From contig CAWGWX010000015.1 of the NCBI GenBank assembly GCA_963826355.1, forward strand, positions 1,400 to 65,399: DNA of 64,000 nt, given 5' to 3'. Positions 18,430 through 27,584 of this stretch are shown one piece after another. Every line of letters begins with the position of its first letter. Positions within the stretch are counted from its first letter, which is position 1. This stretch comes from Nitrospirota bacterium. GTDB taxonomy: Bacteria > Nitrospirota > Thermodesulfovibrionia > Thermodesulfovibrionales > SM23-35. The notes beneath the pieces were generated by a model. It did not search any database and was not told the DNA's origin. It saw nothing but the letters and a program-made list of their open reading frames with translations. The position numbers were made by a program, and so were the translations under genes.

Positions 18430-19723
18430 ATGTCAGACATAAAAAAGATATATCGGACTATTATGGCTGATCATTTCCCTGGTGAGATGATAATCAAATT
18501 CGGGGATCAGACCTTGGTATACAGGAAAAGGACATGGAAGATACCTGATGCTAAGACAGGGGAAGTAATCGAAAAAGGGCTTCGTTACGGTGAGAATCCT
18601 GGCCAAGAGGCTGCACTGTACGAATTGATAAATGGAAATTTGACCCTTGGAGGGTGCCAGTTTGTACAGCCAGGGAACGGCCTCGTTAGCAGTATTACAG
18701 AAGTGGATATGATTCAGGCAGGCAAACATCCTGGGAAGACTAATCTCACAGATCTCGATAATGGCCTGAATATTATCAAATATTTGATGGATCGTCCTGC
18801 TGCGGTAATTTTAAAACATAATAATCCTTGTGGAGCCGCATACGGTGAGACGCTGGCTGAGGCCTATGACAAGGCGAACATGGCAGACCGCATAGCTGCT
18901 TTTGGAGGCTGCCTTGTTGTGAATAGGGCAATGGATAAAAGTTCAGCAGAAATGGTTAGTAACAACTACCTCGAGGTTGTAGCTGCACCTGAGTTTGAAG
19001 ATGGAACAATAGATATCCTTATCGAGAAGAAAGAACCTGAGGATTATCAGGATTAGCAGGATTAAAGAGTTAGAGAAATACAGGACCCTTCGCTTTGTTG
19101 ACTTCAAATCGTTAATTGACGGCGGCATCATAGTCCAGCAATCTCCATTAAATAAAATAAAAACAAAGGAAGACTTCTTACCCGCAAAGACAACATATCA
19201 GGGGAAGGAATATGTCATTAAAAGGATGCCGACAGAAAGAGAATATAACGATATGCTTTTTGGTTGGAATGTGGAACAGGGTATTACATCAAACTCTGTA
19301 ATCTATGTGAAAGATGGGGTAACAGTTGGGATCGGCACCGGTGAGCAGGACAGGGTAGGTGTGGCTGAAATTGCAATCTTCAAGGCATATACCAAATATG
19401 CTGATGCCTTATGCTTTAAGAGACATGGGGTTCCTTATAAGACCTTTGAGCTTGATGTGAAAAATGGGAAAGGGGATAGGAATGCCCTTCTTGAGATAGA
19501 AGAAGAGACAAGAAAGAATAAGGGAGGACTGATAGATTCTGTAATGGTCTCTGATGCCTTTTTCCCTTTCAGGGATGGTGTTGATGTCGGTATTAAAGAA
19601 GGTATCTCAGCAATAGTTCAGCCAGGCGGTTCAGATAGGGATTACGAATCCATAATCGCCTGCAATGAAGCAAATCCAAAGGTGACCATGGTCTTTACAG
19701 GCCAGAGGGCGTTCAAACACTAA
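18430..19723 (+). CDS. purH: AICAR transformylase (PurH, transformylase-only form without the MGS/IMP-cyclohydrolase domain), frame broken by one extra A at 19030-19032
   Basis: ORFs 18430-19056 and 19226-19723. The second frame is open back to KNLRIIRISRIKELEKY. RYGENPGQEAALY and LKHNNPCGAA motifs. Reading gagaagaaag as gagaagaag restores ...DILIEKKNLRII... Confidence 0.85.
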
Positions 19724-19792
19724 GAGATTTCGCTCTTTTCTATAGGAGGCTCACTCCCAACATTTTTTAGGGAATGGCTTGTTAATCTCCGG

Positions 19793-19903
19793 TTATTTTT
19801 TCTTGTGCGTTGAGCAGTATTTCGATTTTCCGGTCACGGGATTCTTACATTTTCCCCCTTTGGTTGTTTTAGCATCACATGTCGCCTTTTTCGTCGTAGC
19901 CAT
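19793..19903 (-). CDS. small lysine-rich CCCH protein (36 aa), below the ORF-track length cutoff
   Basis: ATG at 19903 with AGGAGG 4 nt upstream. MATTKKATCDAKTTKGGKCKNPVTGKSKYCSTHKKK, stop at 19793-19795. Convergent with purH. Confidence 0.45.
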   Translation of the reverse strand: MATTKKATCDAKTTKGGKCKNPVTGKSKYCSTHKKK

Positions 19904-20039
19904 ATTGCCTCCTTACTTTATTTTAAGTATTAAAATTATTGACCATAGTATAGCATAAAACTTTTCACAGTTATTTTCATCTCTCTAAAAGTATAATGAA
20001 TATTAAGAGATTAAGATAAGAATAATTTTTCATGTTTTC

Positions 20040-20711
20040 TTGGCTGAAGAAATGGCACATCCGAAAAAAAGAAGGATAGGTTATCTAAAACCTTCGAGAC
20101 TCTCTTTCCCAGATGATGAGAAAGTATATGATTGGCTTTCCCCCCTCCTGGATGCCTACTACATAGTAGATAAGGGAATTGCTGAGGCGATTAAAAAAGA
20201 GACAAAAAAGCATAGAAGGTTAGCATGTAGCAAGGGGTGTTCAAGTTGTTGCAAAACCCATCAGACCATTCCTGTTTATCCGCTTGAACTTATGGGAATA
20301 TCATGGTATGCCACAGAAAAGATATCAGGGCCAGAACGAGAGGCACTTAAGAATCAGTTGAGATCTTATAAAGAAGATAATCCATGCCCATTTTTATTGA
20401 ATGGGGTCTGCTTGGTGCATCCTATGCGGCCTATTGCATGCAGGCAATTTATTGTTTTTGGTGAGCCCTGTGCCGAGAACGAAGACCCCTATTACACAAG
20501 ACTGAAAGACGTGCTTCCACCCGTTAAGAAGTATGTAGACCAGGCCTTTTTCATTATGCTTCCTTTTTATGGAGTGAAAGATGAATTGGAGCGAAAGAAA
20601 GTTATACAGAGCGGGGCTGTGCACAAGCTCGTCAAGCTCATACAGACCTGCAACTGGAAGAGTCTGGCTGATAGGATGGATGAGTTTGACAGAAAGAGTC
20701 CCCAACTTTGA
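20040..20711 (+). CDS. YkgJ-family cysteine-cluster protein (second paralogue); the true start may be the ATG at 20052
   Basis: 223 aa. CSKGCSSCC ... CPFLLNGVCLVHPMRPIACRQF. Confidence 0.6.
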   Translation: MAEEMAHPKKRRIGYLKPSRLSFPDDEKVYDWLSPLLDAYYIVDKGIAEAIKKETKKHRRLACSKGCSSCCKTHQTIPVYPLELMGISWYATEKISGPEREALKNQLRSYKEDNPCPFLLNGVCLVHPMRPIACRQFIVFGEPCAENEDPYYTRLKDVLPPVKKYVDQAFFIMLPFYGVKDELERKKVIQSGAVHKLVKLIQTCNWKSLADRMDEFDRKSPQL

Positions 20712-20713
20712 AT

Positions 20714-21313
20714 TTATGACCTGTAGATAGATAAAAAAATATCTTCTTTGGTATGCATTAATGTTAAAGACCGGGAAATCTCAGTAATAGCAAATTGCAA
20801 TATCTCTTCAGGCTTTACATAAAATAGTTCCACGCTCCTCTGCTGGGTGTAGTACGTAAGGAGGTTTATATGAAGAGCCTCTCTGCATAGCATGAAAAGT
20901 TTTTCCAATACGAGTTTCATGGACTCCTCAATCCCTGCAATCCGAAGGTTGAATACACCACAGACAAAAATGATATCAAAATCCCGATTAAACTCACCTT
21001 CTTCGATATCCATGGGGATGAACTCTGCCTCAGGATATTTCCTTCTGGCAAGTTCAATCAGGTTCCCGTTTATATCAATCCCACAATACTTGACAGATAT
21101 ACCTTTTTCTCTCATATATCCATACAAATCTCCCTTTCCACACCCAAAGTCAAGGACTTTTTTGCCAGAAAAATCACCTGCTATCTCTATAAGGGTTTCA
21201 TATCTGCGGAGCTGGCCCTCAGGTGTCCATCTGACAGCCTGCGGTGCATCACCGAAGTCTTTCAGATGCCTGTTGTAGAAATCTAAAAGTTCCTTTTTAC
21301 CGAGGGGATCCAT
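20714..21313 (-). CDS. class I SAM-dependent methyltransferase
   Basis: 199 aa. Motif I VLDFGCGKGDL, then DIIFVCGVF. Confidence 0.75.
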   Translation of the reverse strand: MDPLGKKELLDFYNRHLKDFGDAPQAVRWTPEGQLRRYETLIEIAGDFSGKKVLDFGCGKGDLYGYMREKGISVKYCGIDINGNLIELARRKYPEAEFIPMDIEEGEFNRDFDIIFVCGVFNLRIAGIEESMKLVLEKLFMLCREALHINLLTYYTQQRSVELFYVKPEEILQFAITEISRSLTLMHTKEDIFLSIYRS

Positions 21314-21451
21314 GGTAACCTTGGTAACTGGAAATCTATCCTGTCTGTTTCAGTACAAATATTATACATGGATAAGACTCTATATGATGTGGTAAATTTA
21401 CATTACTGCAAAAAATAAAGTTTGAGAGGTATTTAATTATAAGGAGAAAAT

Positions 21452-21712
21452 GTGGAAGAGCAGAAAAAGAAGGTCAGACTTTATTCGCTTACTACATGCC
21501 CTACGTGTAAAAGGGTAAAAAAGTTTCTTGACGGACACAATATAAAATATGAACTCATAGACGTTGACTTACTTGACAGTGGTGAGCAGTGGGTTACGTC
21601 AAAGGAAGTGAAGAAATATAATCCGGCAGTGACTTATCCTACACTGGTGATAGAAGAAGTTATAGTGGAGTTTGATGAAGAAGCAATAAAAGATACCCTG
21701 GGTATTAAATGA
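21452..21712 (+). CDS. glutaredoxin-like / thioredoxin-fold protein (CPTC active site)
   Basis: 86 aa. GTG start 5 nt after AAGGAG. LYSLTTCPTCKRVKKFLD...TYPTLVI. 4-nt overlap with the next gene. Confidence 0.7.
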   Translation: MEEQKKKVRLYSLTTCPTCKRVKKFLDGHNIKYELIDVDLLDSGEQWVTSKEVKKYNPAVTYPTLVIEEVIVEFDEEAIKDTLGIK

Positions 21713-22032
21713 CCCCGGAACGACTTTATGAAATACTCAATAAATATGCGGAATCGCAGGGCATCCAGCTCAACAAAGACAGAGCATATGTCCATGAGAT
21801 ACTGGAAGGACTTCTCACAAATGAATCACGGTATGATTATCGCTCATGCCCTTGCCGACTTGCAACGGGAGTAAAGGGAAAAGATGCAGACATTATATGT
21901 CCGTGTGTTTACAGAGCCCCAGATATTAAGGAATTCGGGAGCTGTTACTGCGGTCTATATGTTTCGAAAGAATGGAATGAGGGAAGGATTAAGCAAGTAA
22001 GAGTACCTGAGAGGAGATCAAAAGGTCATTAA
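21709..22032 (+). CDS. ferredoxin:thioredoxin reductase catalytic-subunit-like protein
   Basis: 107 aa. Pattern CPC-x14-CPC-x12-CYC (CPCRLATG...IICPCVYR...GSCYCGLYV) matches the FTR catalytic-chain Cys pattern, with Tyr in place of the usual His of CHC. Confidence 0.75.
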   Translation: MTPERLYEILNKYAESQGIQLNKDRAYVHEILEGLLTNESRYDYRSCPCRLATGVKGKDADIICPCVYRAPDIKEFGSCYCGLYVSKEWNEGRIKQVRVPERRSKGH

Positions 22033-22046
22033 GGAGGCCAAGACAT

Positions 22047-22421
22047 ATGGGGCTTTATGACATCCCATCATTAGCTGTTCTCAAGCGATCTAAACATGTT
22101 CTGAAAAATATCATCTGGGACATTGAGCCGAAACAACTCATGGAACCAAGATGCAGGATAACGGAAGAAGGCAAGCAAGAAATTAAGACGATAACAGGGT
22201 ATCTGTTTTATATAGATAAAATGACTTCAAAGAAACCTACTCTTTTTCTCATGTGCCATACCTCTACGGGCTATGCTGAAACAGTTGCAAAGATTGATGA
22301 AATTCCCGATGAACTCATAGCCGAAGCCATCGAAGAAAAGAAGGACAAAGAATACTTCGGGGTGTGTCCCAGTAATAAAAAGATTGAAAACTGGCTTAAA
22401 AAGGAGTTAGGGGTACAGTAA
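22047..22421 (+). CDS. hypothetical protein (124 aa)
   Basis: ATG preceded by AAGGAGG. No family recognised. Confidence 0.55.
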   Translation: MGLYDIPSLAVLKRSKHVLKNIIWDIEPKQLMEPRCRITEEGKQEIKTITGYLFYIDKMTSKKPTLFLMCHTSTGYAETVAKIDEIPDELIAEAIEEKKDKEYFGVCPSNKKIENWLKKELGVQ

Positions 22422-22579
22422 AAGATCTGCCCGAAAGACTTCTCCCCTCCGCTATAATACAGACAATATTTGTCACAGTTCTTCATTAAATCACCCTTAG
22501 ATTCATTATTCTCTTTAATAATCAAAATGTTGTAAAAGACCAAAATTGGCATAGAATATGCTGTTTTTATGATTAGGAG

Positions 22580-22825
22580 GTGATTATTGTGGAACAAGCT
22601 GACTTTGATACGATTAGTGAGATAGTAGCGAGATACGGGTACATTGAATGGACACTGATTGGTTTTACTCCAACGAGGGAATATAACATTTTTTCTTATT
22701 TCACTGATCCTTCGATTATGCCGATTTTTAAATATGTTCTTCTTTCGATTCTGAAGGGACTGAATGAGTATCTCGAAAAAAATCAGAGTCTTTATGAAAG
22801 AGTTGTTCATAAGGGCACGTGTTGA
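22580..22825 (+). CDS. hypothetical protein (~78-81 aa); likely start is the GTG at 22589
   Basis: AGGAGG at 22575-22580, 8 nt before GTG 22589. No family recognised. Confidence 0.45.
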   Translation: MIIVEQADFDTISEIVARYGYIEWTLIGFTPTREYNIFSYFTDPSIMPIFKYVLLSILKGLNEYLEKNQSLYERVVHKGTC

Positions 22826-22907
22826 TTCCATTTTTTGTCTGGTTAAATATCGCTAAGTTGTTAATCTCTCGAACTCAATTCTCTTAGCTTTCATCTTACA
22901 GATGGCA

Positions 22908-22940
22908 GTGAGCACAAGCCATTTGCTCACAGGCTTTTTT
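22908..22940 (+). terminator. candidate intrinsic terminator
   Basis: gtgagca / tgctcac stem (alternative aagcc / ggctt) followed by tttttt. Confidence 0.4.
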
Positions 22941-22941
22941 C

Positions 22942-23523
22942 ATGAAGTATAAAAAAATGGCTTTGCATCTTCCTAATTGGCCTTCGCCTCTGAGAAGTTG
23001 TCACCATAACACAGACGGGTTTCTCTATGATATTCTATTTATAGATACCATCGAAAAGAGTACCCTAAGACCATTTATAAACAGGAAATACATGAAAGAT
23101 ATAAGTCAATCGTATCAAGCATTATTGATTAAAGAACTGGATTCTCTCGAAGGAGAAAGGAAAAAGCAATATGAGCAGTTGTTTAGTGAGCTTGCAACCA
23201 AGGGAATGGTTCGTGCAGATATCCATATTGAGCAGGCTTTAGAACTGGAAATGAAGTTTATGCGGCGTTTTATTGAGCATGAAATATCACAATTGCAAAG
23301 ATTGATGAATTCTCCTGAGGCTGATATGAATACATTAGAAAAAGCATATCTTTATGGCATAAACTTACTCTTTGGTAAATCGTTGCAGAGAATGCTCGGC
23401 ATTATAAACAATGTTCGTAGTTCAATAACAGATGATTACGCTCAAGAAGCCCTGGAAAAAGTAAGATCGGAAGCATTACAGGCATTAGAAGTTGCAAAAG
23501 CTGAAAAGGTCAAAGGGATATGA
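22942..23523 (+). CDS. hypothetical helical protein; start uncertain (ATG 22942 abuts a terminator-like hairpin; ATG 23092 has an AGGAA upstream)
   Basis: 193-aa ORF. The C-terminal 140 aa are coiled-coil-like. The stop overlaps the GNAT start (ATGA). Confidence 0.45.
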   Translation: MKYKKMALHLPNWPSPLRSCHHNTDGFLYDILFIDTIEKSTLRPFINRKYMKDISQSYQALLIKELDSLEGERKKQYEQLFSELATKGMVRADIHIEQALELEMKFMRRFIEHEISQLQRLMNSPEADMNTLEKAYLYGINLLFGKSLQRMLGIINNVRSSITDDYAQEALEKVRSEALQALEVAKAEKVKGI

Positions 23524-24023
23524 TGAACTATTCAATAAGACGTGTATTAGATGAAGATCAAAATGAGGTTATGAATATCTTTAACTATTACATTGAGAAC
23601 AGTTATGCCACATTCTTTAACAAAAGGATACCAGTTGATTTTTTTGACAAGTTAAAAGATATTGCCTATGGTAATTCGTTTTATGTAATAGAGCATAAGG
23701 AGAAAGGCGTCATAGGGTTCGGGCTTTTAAAAAAGTACCATAATTCAGATGTCTTTAGAGGTGTTGCAGAACTTGGGTATTTTATAAAACCTGAATTTAC
23801 CAATAAGGGATTAGGTACATTAATTCTGGATGCCCTGATAACCGATGCCAGGAAAATGCATATTAAGACTTTACTTGCGAGTATTTCTTCACTGAATGAA
23901 GAGAGTTTAAATTTTCATAAAAAGCATGGGTTTTTTGAGTGTGGCAGATTTAAACGTATTGGACAGAAACTTGGGAAGACGTTCGATGTAATTTGGATGC
24001 AGAAATTTCTTGAAGAGAAATAA
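23520..24023 (+). CDS. GNAT family N-acetyltransferase (phosphinothricin/YncA-like)
   Basis: 167 aa. IRRVLDEDQNEVMNIFNYYIENSYATF N-terminus and KGLGTLIL acetyl-CoA motif. Confidence 0.8.
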   Translation: MMNYSIRRVLDEDQNEVMNIFNYYIENSYATFFNKRIPVDFFDKLKDIAYGNSFYVIEHKEKGVIGFGLLKKYHNSDVFRGVAELGYFIKPEFTNKGLGTLILDALITDARKMHIKTLLASISSLNEESLNFHKKHGFFECGRFKRIGQKLGKTFDVIWMQKFLEEK

Positions 24024-24069
24024 TTGACTGAACACGGTCTTTCTGGAATCTTCCTCAAGGTTCACTTAG

Positions 24070-24155
24070 GTCATTCCCACGAAAGTGGGAATCCAGATTT
24101 CTTTTTTAAAATAATAAACTACAAAAAACTGAATTCCTGCTTCCTCAGGAATGAC
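24070..24155. repeat. two REP-like hairpin elements (attcccac-gaaa-gtgggaat; attcctg-cttcct-caggaat)
   Basis: Read directly. Same family as elements at 24.6, 25.4, 50.47 and 60.81 kb. Confidence 0.8.
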
Positions 24156-24233
24156 AAAATTAACATAATTCTTGATACCTTGTAGTCCTGCGGAGGGTTA
24201 TTCATTTTTTCTAAGCCTTCTTTTTATACTCTC

Positions 24234-24536
24234 GTGATTGCTATCACAGATTTATGCTCCTCAGAAGATAATGATAGTGTCATGAAGAAACGGGTGCAAT
24301 CGAACAATGGACGGAACAACGTGCCATGCAGGGATAACGTAAGAGTCACGATGATGTATGACTTAGAATTATTTGATACCATGCTCAATCAGTTAGATGA
24401 GTTGAAGCAGTGGTGTGAAAGCTTAGAGAACAGGTTATGGTGGATAGAGGAGGCAATAAGGCTATCCAAGAGTGGTATGCGTGTTAAAGTTCCTCGTTGG
24501 TATGAATCGTGGTTAACTGGAAAGATTGATACATGA
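24234..24536 (+). CDS. hypothetical protein (start uncertain), flanked on both sides by REP hairpins
   Basis: 100-aa ORF with a GTG start. Internal ATG at MKKRVQSNN. No SD and no recognisable family. Confidence 0.3.
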   Translation: MIAITDLCSSEDNDSVMKKRVQSNNGRNNVPCRDNVRVTMMYDLELFDTMLNQLDELKQWCESLENRLWWIEEAIRLSKSGMRVKVPRWYESWLTGKIDT

Positions 24537-24603
24537 GAGGCAGTGAGAAAAGTGCCCGCTTTCTTATGATAATGGCTCATCTTTGTGAATCCATCCTCTC
24601 TTT

Positions 24604-24664
24604 GTCATTCCGCACTTGATGCAGAATCCAGGATTCTCTGAATTCCTGCTTTCGCAGGAATGAC
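24604..24664. repeat. two adjacent REP-like hairpins (gtcattccgcacttgatgcagaatcc; ctgaattcctgctttcgcaggaatgacc)
   Basis: Read directly. Confidence 0.8.
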
Positions 24665-24781
24665 CATATAAGTCATAAACAGTATGTTCAATATTTGATA
24701 ACCTGCGGTCTTGAAATATGTTTATTTATTCAGTTTATGTGCTTTCTTTTCTTCTGTTTTAGATGATATTATGGATTGAGA

Positions 24782-24910
24782 ATGGGTTCCAAGAATAAAG
24801 TAAAAAAGATTTTGAAAAAGGGCATTTTGGTATCAGGTGCGATTGCACGCTCTTTAATCGGAATAGGCGCAACGGTATTACTCTTCTTTGCACTGAAAAG
24901 AAAAAGGTAA
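24782..24910 (+). CDS. possible small membrane protein (42 aa)
   Basis: MGSKNKVKKILKKGILVSGAIARSLIGIGATVLLFFALKRKR: one TM helix with basic flanks. Weak SD. Below the ORF-track cutoff. Confidence 0.25.
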   Translation: MGSKNKVKKILKKGILVSGAIARSLIGIGATVLLFFALKRKR

Positions 24911-24950
24911 AATAGTGGGCTTTACGCCAGAGAAATGTTAGACACTACAA

Positions 24951-25271
24951 TCAAACTGCCTGCTTATGAAGTTCATTGTAAGGCTTAATCTTATTCAAAA
25001 TCTCTTGCTTTTTCTTTTTCACCAGATAAAGGTCATACTGATTCTGGAGATTAAGCCATAGTTCTTCTGACGTGCCAAAATATCTCGATAGTCTTACAGC
25101 CATTTCAGGGCTGATATTTCTTTTTTCATTGACTATCTCATTAATGGTTCTAAAGGTAGTATTAAACTCTTTTGCCAATTGGGATTGAGATATTCCAAGT
25201 GGCTGCAAAAATTCCTTTTCCAAGATTTCTCCTGGGTGTGTAGGTTTTCTTTTAAGGCTAAACATAAACAT
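24951..25271 (-). CDS. higA: HigA-family antitoxin (XRE-type HTH)
   Basis: 106 aa. HPGEILEKEFLQPLGISQSQLAKEFNTTFRTINEIVNEKRNISPEMAVRLSRYFGTS is a typical HigA HTH. Confidence 0.85.
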   Translation of the reverse strand: MFMFSLKRKPTHPGEILEKEFLQPLGISQSQLAKEFNTTFRTINEIVNEKRNISPEMAVRLSRYFGTSEELWLNLQNQYDLYLVKKKKQEILNKIKPYNELHKQAV

Positions 25272-25276
25272 CTCCT

Positions 25277-25375
25277 TTAGTGATAGTCTGTTATTTCTAC
25301 ATCGTAAGCATCAGAATCAATAAATCTGAATACTATTCTATACGAGTCTTGAATATAAAAAATCTGATTGATGAT
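25277..25375 (-). pseudogene. higB: C-terminal remnant (32 codons) of a HigB/RelE-type toxin
   Basis: The minus frame reads IINQIFYIQDSYRIVFRFIDSDAYDVEITDYH*, ending 5 nt before the higA ATG. An in-frame TGA at 25376-25378 and REP hairpins replace the N-terminal ~60 codons. Confidence 0.65.
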
Positions 25376-25385
25376 TCAGGAACTG

Positions 25386-25540
25386 GATTCCTGCTTTCCA
25401 GGCTGCTGCAGAACCAGTATTTTGTCATCCCGAACTTGTTTCGGGATCTCATAACCTATGTTTATTAGATGCTGAAACAAGTTCAGCAAGACATTTGTAC
25501 CGGTTATGACAATTCTGCAACAGCCTGTTTCGCAGGAATG
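25386..25540. repeat. cluster of REP-like hairpins (ggattcctgctttccagg; atcccgaa-cttgt-ttcgggat; gctgaa-acaag-ttcagc; cctgtttcgcaggaatg)
   Basis: Read directly. Confidence 0.75.
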
Positions 25541-25640
25541 CCAAGGGAAAAATGAATTACAATATAACCCTTAACGTTTTGCTATTTAACATCTATTACT
25601 AAATGTTGACGGGATTGGTTTTAGTTTATTAAAATAAGGC

Positions 25641-26168
25641 ATGAAATACATCCTTAAAATTTTCATTCTCTCAGCCTTTATCCTCTTCATGGTCAACAGT
25701 GCTTTTGCTATTTCAGCACACTTACGGACTGAGGAGGCAAAAGAGAGCGACGTAAAAGGGGTATTCACAGTAATTCTTTATGGAGCCAGAGATATCAATG
25801 ACATCGAAACAGTAGCCATTCTTGATTTTGAAGGAGATCAGTATACTTTGGAGCCTTATGTACCTTCCTTCGACTATAAGGTGAAAAAGGGTCTCTCAGA
25901 AAAAGCGGCACTCGATGAGGCACATAAGTTTATCAGCTATCATAATGCCTTTTATCGTTCCCAGTTGAGTAAAATTGTTGATGACAAAGGTAATACCATT
26001 GGATATGAATTGAGACCTCTCTATATGCCTTTTGTCTTTGGCAGAAGCGATGTGCTTGAAGTAGATTATTGGCTCAAGGATGGAAAAGTGAAGGTCACCA
26101 TAAAACTCCACCCCTCAGTCGAAAGGGCTTTACCCGAAAGAACCATCGTTTCTTTTCTAAAACCCTGA
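25641..26168 (+). CDS. hypothetical secreted protein (Sec signal peptide)
   Basis: 175 aa. N-terminus MKYILKIFILSAFILFMVNSAFA/IS. No family recognised. Confidence 0.55.
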   Translation: MKYILKIFILSAFILFMVNSAFAISAHLRTEEAKESDVKGVFTVILYGARDINDIETVAILDFEGDQYTLEPYVPSFDYKVKKGLSEKAALDEAHKFISYHNAFYRSQLSKIVDDKGNTIGYELRPLYMPFVFGRSDVLEVDYWLKDGKVKVTIKLHPSVERALPERTIVSFLKP

Positions 26169-27584
26169 TATTGCAGCCTTGGCAAGCTTTACGAGGAAAG
26201 ATGGGAATATACCTATTACGAGCACAGCTACTGTTGTAACTCCAAGGGCGACTCCCAGTGTCCCGGATTGAGAGGTGCTTACTTCAACTTCAGGTTCCCT
26301 CATATACATATACATAACGATTCTCAAATAGAAATAAGCAGATATCGCGCTGAAGGTAACTGCAACGATGACAAGCCATGTGTAGCCGGCATTGATTGCA
26401 GCCATGAACACGTATAACTTACCGATAAAGCCGGCTGTGGGCGGGAGACCGGTAAGGGAAAACATAAATATCAGCATAAGGGCTGCCAAAAATGGATGTG
26501 TTTTGGCAAGACCTACATAGTCTGTAATATTGTCACCTTTGAAACCTTCAGTCCTGAGCATGATTACTACTGCAAAAGCCCCCATATTCATGAAGGCGTA
26601 TATCATCAGGTAGTTCATCATACTGGAAAGGCCTTCATTGTTTGCTACAATGATACCGATAAGGGCATATCCCGCATGAGCGATAGATGAATACGCAAGC
26701 ATCCTCTTAATGTTCGTCTGGGCTAAAGCAACGATGTTACCAACAGCCATAGAAAGGATTGAAAGAGGAATGAATACCATTGCCCATTCGATCTTCAGGG
26801 ACGCAAAGGCGATCATGAAGACTCTTCCGAGAACTGCAAAACCGGCTGCTTTGGGACCAACGGACATAAAGGCCGTAATAGACGTTGGTGCTCCCTCATA
26901 CGCATCGGGTGCCCACATGTGGAATGGTGCTGCAGCAATCTTAAACCCAAAGGCAACAGCAAAGAGTACCATAGAGAGGGAGAGTGCAGGATTACCGATA
27001 AGACCCTTTTCGCTGACAAAGAGCGCAATTGCTTTAATATCAGTTGTACCTGTGAGACCATAGATCATTGAAATTCCGTAAAGCAGGAAAGCCGATGAAA
27101 AGGCACCAAGGAGGAAGTACTTCAATGCTGCCTCGTTTGATTTAATATCATGTCGTATAAATCCTGCGAGGACATATGTACTGAGGGCCATGAGTTCGAG
27201 GCCAAGATAAAGTACGATAAGGTCGCCAGCCGAGGCCATAATCATCATGCCGAGAGTTGCAAGGAGGATGAGATTGTAATATTCTCCGTAATTTACCCTC
27301 TCGACAGCAATATATTTAATGGATATGAGAACAGAGAGGACGACGTTTATTAAAAAGATGGCCTTAAAGAAGGAACTATAACCATCGGAGATAAACATAC
27401 CTCCGAAGGTTACACCGGATGAACCAATCAAGGTATATGCCACGACAGCCACACCTATAATGCTCAAGGTTGCAATGACCTCTTTCTTTTTTACAAAGAG
27501 GTCTACCAGGATGAGTATGAGAGCAAGGGCAGTCATATAAAGCTCAGGAATGACAGGATTGAGATCCGGGAATGTGAAATTCAT
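26157..27584 (-). CDS. nuoN: NADH-quinone oxidoreductase subunit N
   Basis: 475 aa, ~14 TM, antiporter-like. Last gene of the nuo operon. 4-nt overlap with nuoM. Confidence 0.9.
   Translation of the reverse strand: MNFTFPDLNPVIPELYMTALALILILVDLFVKKKEVIATLSIIGVAVVAYTLIGSSGVTFGGMFISDGYSSFFKAIFLINVVLSVLISIKYIAVERVNYGEYYNLILLATLGMMIMASAGDLIVLYLGLELMALSTYVLAGFIRHDIKSNEAALKYFLLGAFSSAFLLYGISMIYGLTGTTDIKAIALFVSEKGLIGNPALSLSMVLFAVAFGFKIAAAPFHMWAPDAYEGAPTSITAFMSVGPKAAGFAVLGRVFMIAFASLKIEWAMVFIPLSILSMAVGNIVALAQTNIKRMLAYSSIAHAGYALIGIIVANNEGLSSMMNYLMIYAFMNMGAFAVVIMLRTEGFKGDNITDYVGLAKTHPFLAALMLIFMFSLTGLPPTAGFIGKLYVFMAAINAGYTWLVIVAVTFSAISAYFYLRIVMYMYMREPEVEVSTSQSGTLGVALGVTTVAVLVIGIFPSFLVKLAKAAISGF

Noticed and set aside
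22271-22831. 186-aa minus-strand ORF spanning 22.27-22.83 kb.
   Set aside because: It overlaps two plus-strand ORFs that both have strong AGGAGG ribosome binding sites. Its composition looks like AT-rich antisense sequence.
22942-24023. The upstream ORF plus GNAT as a TacA/TacT-like GNAT toxin-antitoxin pair.
   Set aside because: The GNAT N-terminus (IRRVLDEDQNEVMNIFNYYIENSYATF) looks like the phosphinothricin/YncA-type acetyltransferases. The upstream protein is large (143-193 aa), helical, and has no RHH/DUF1778 features.
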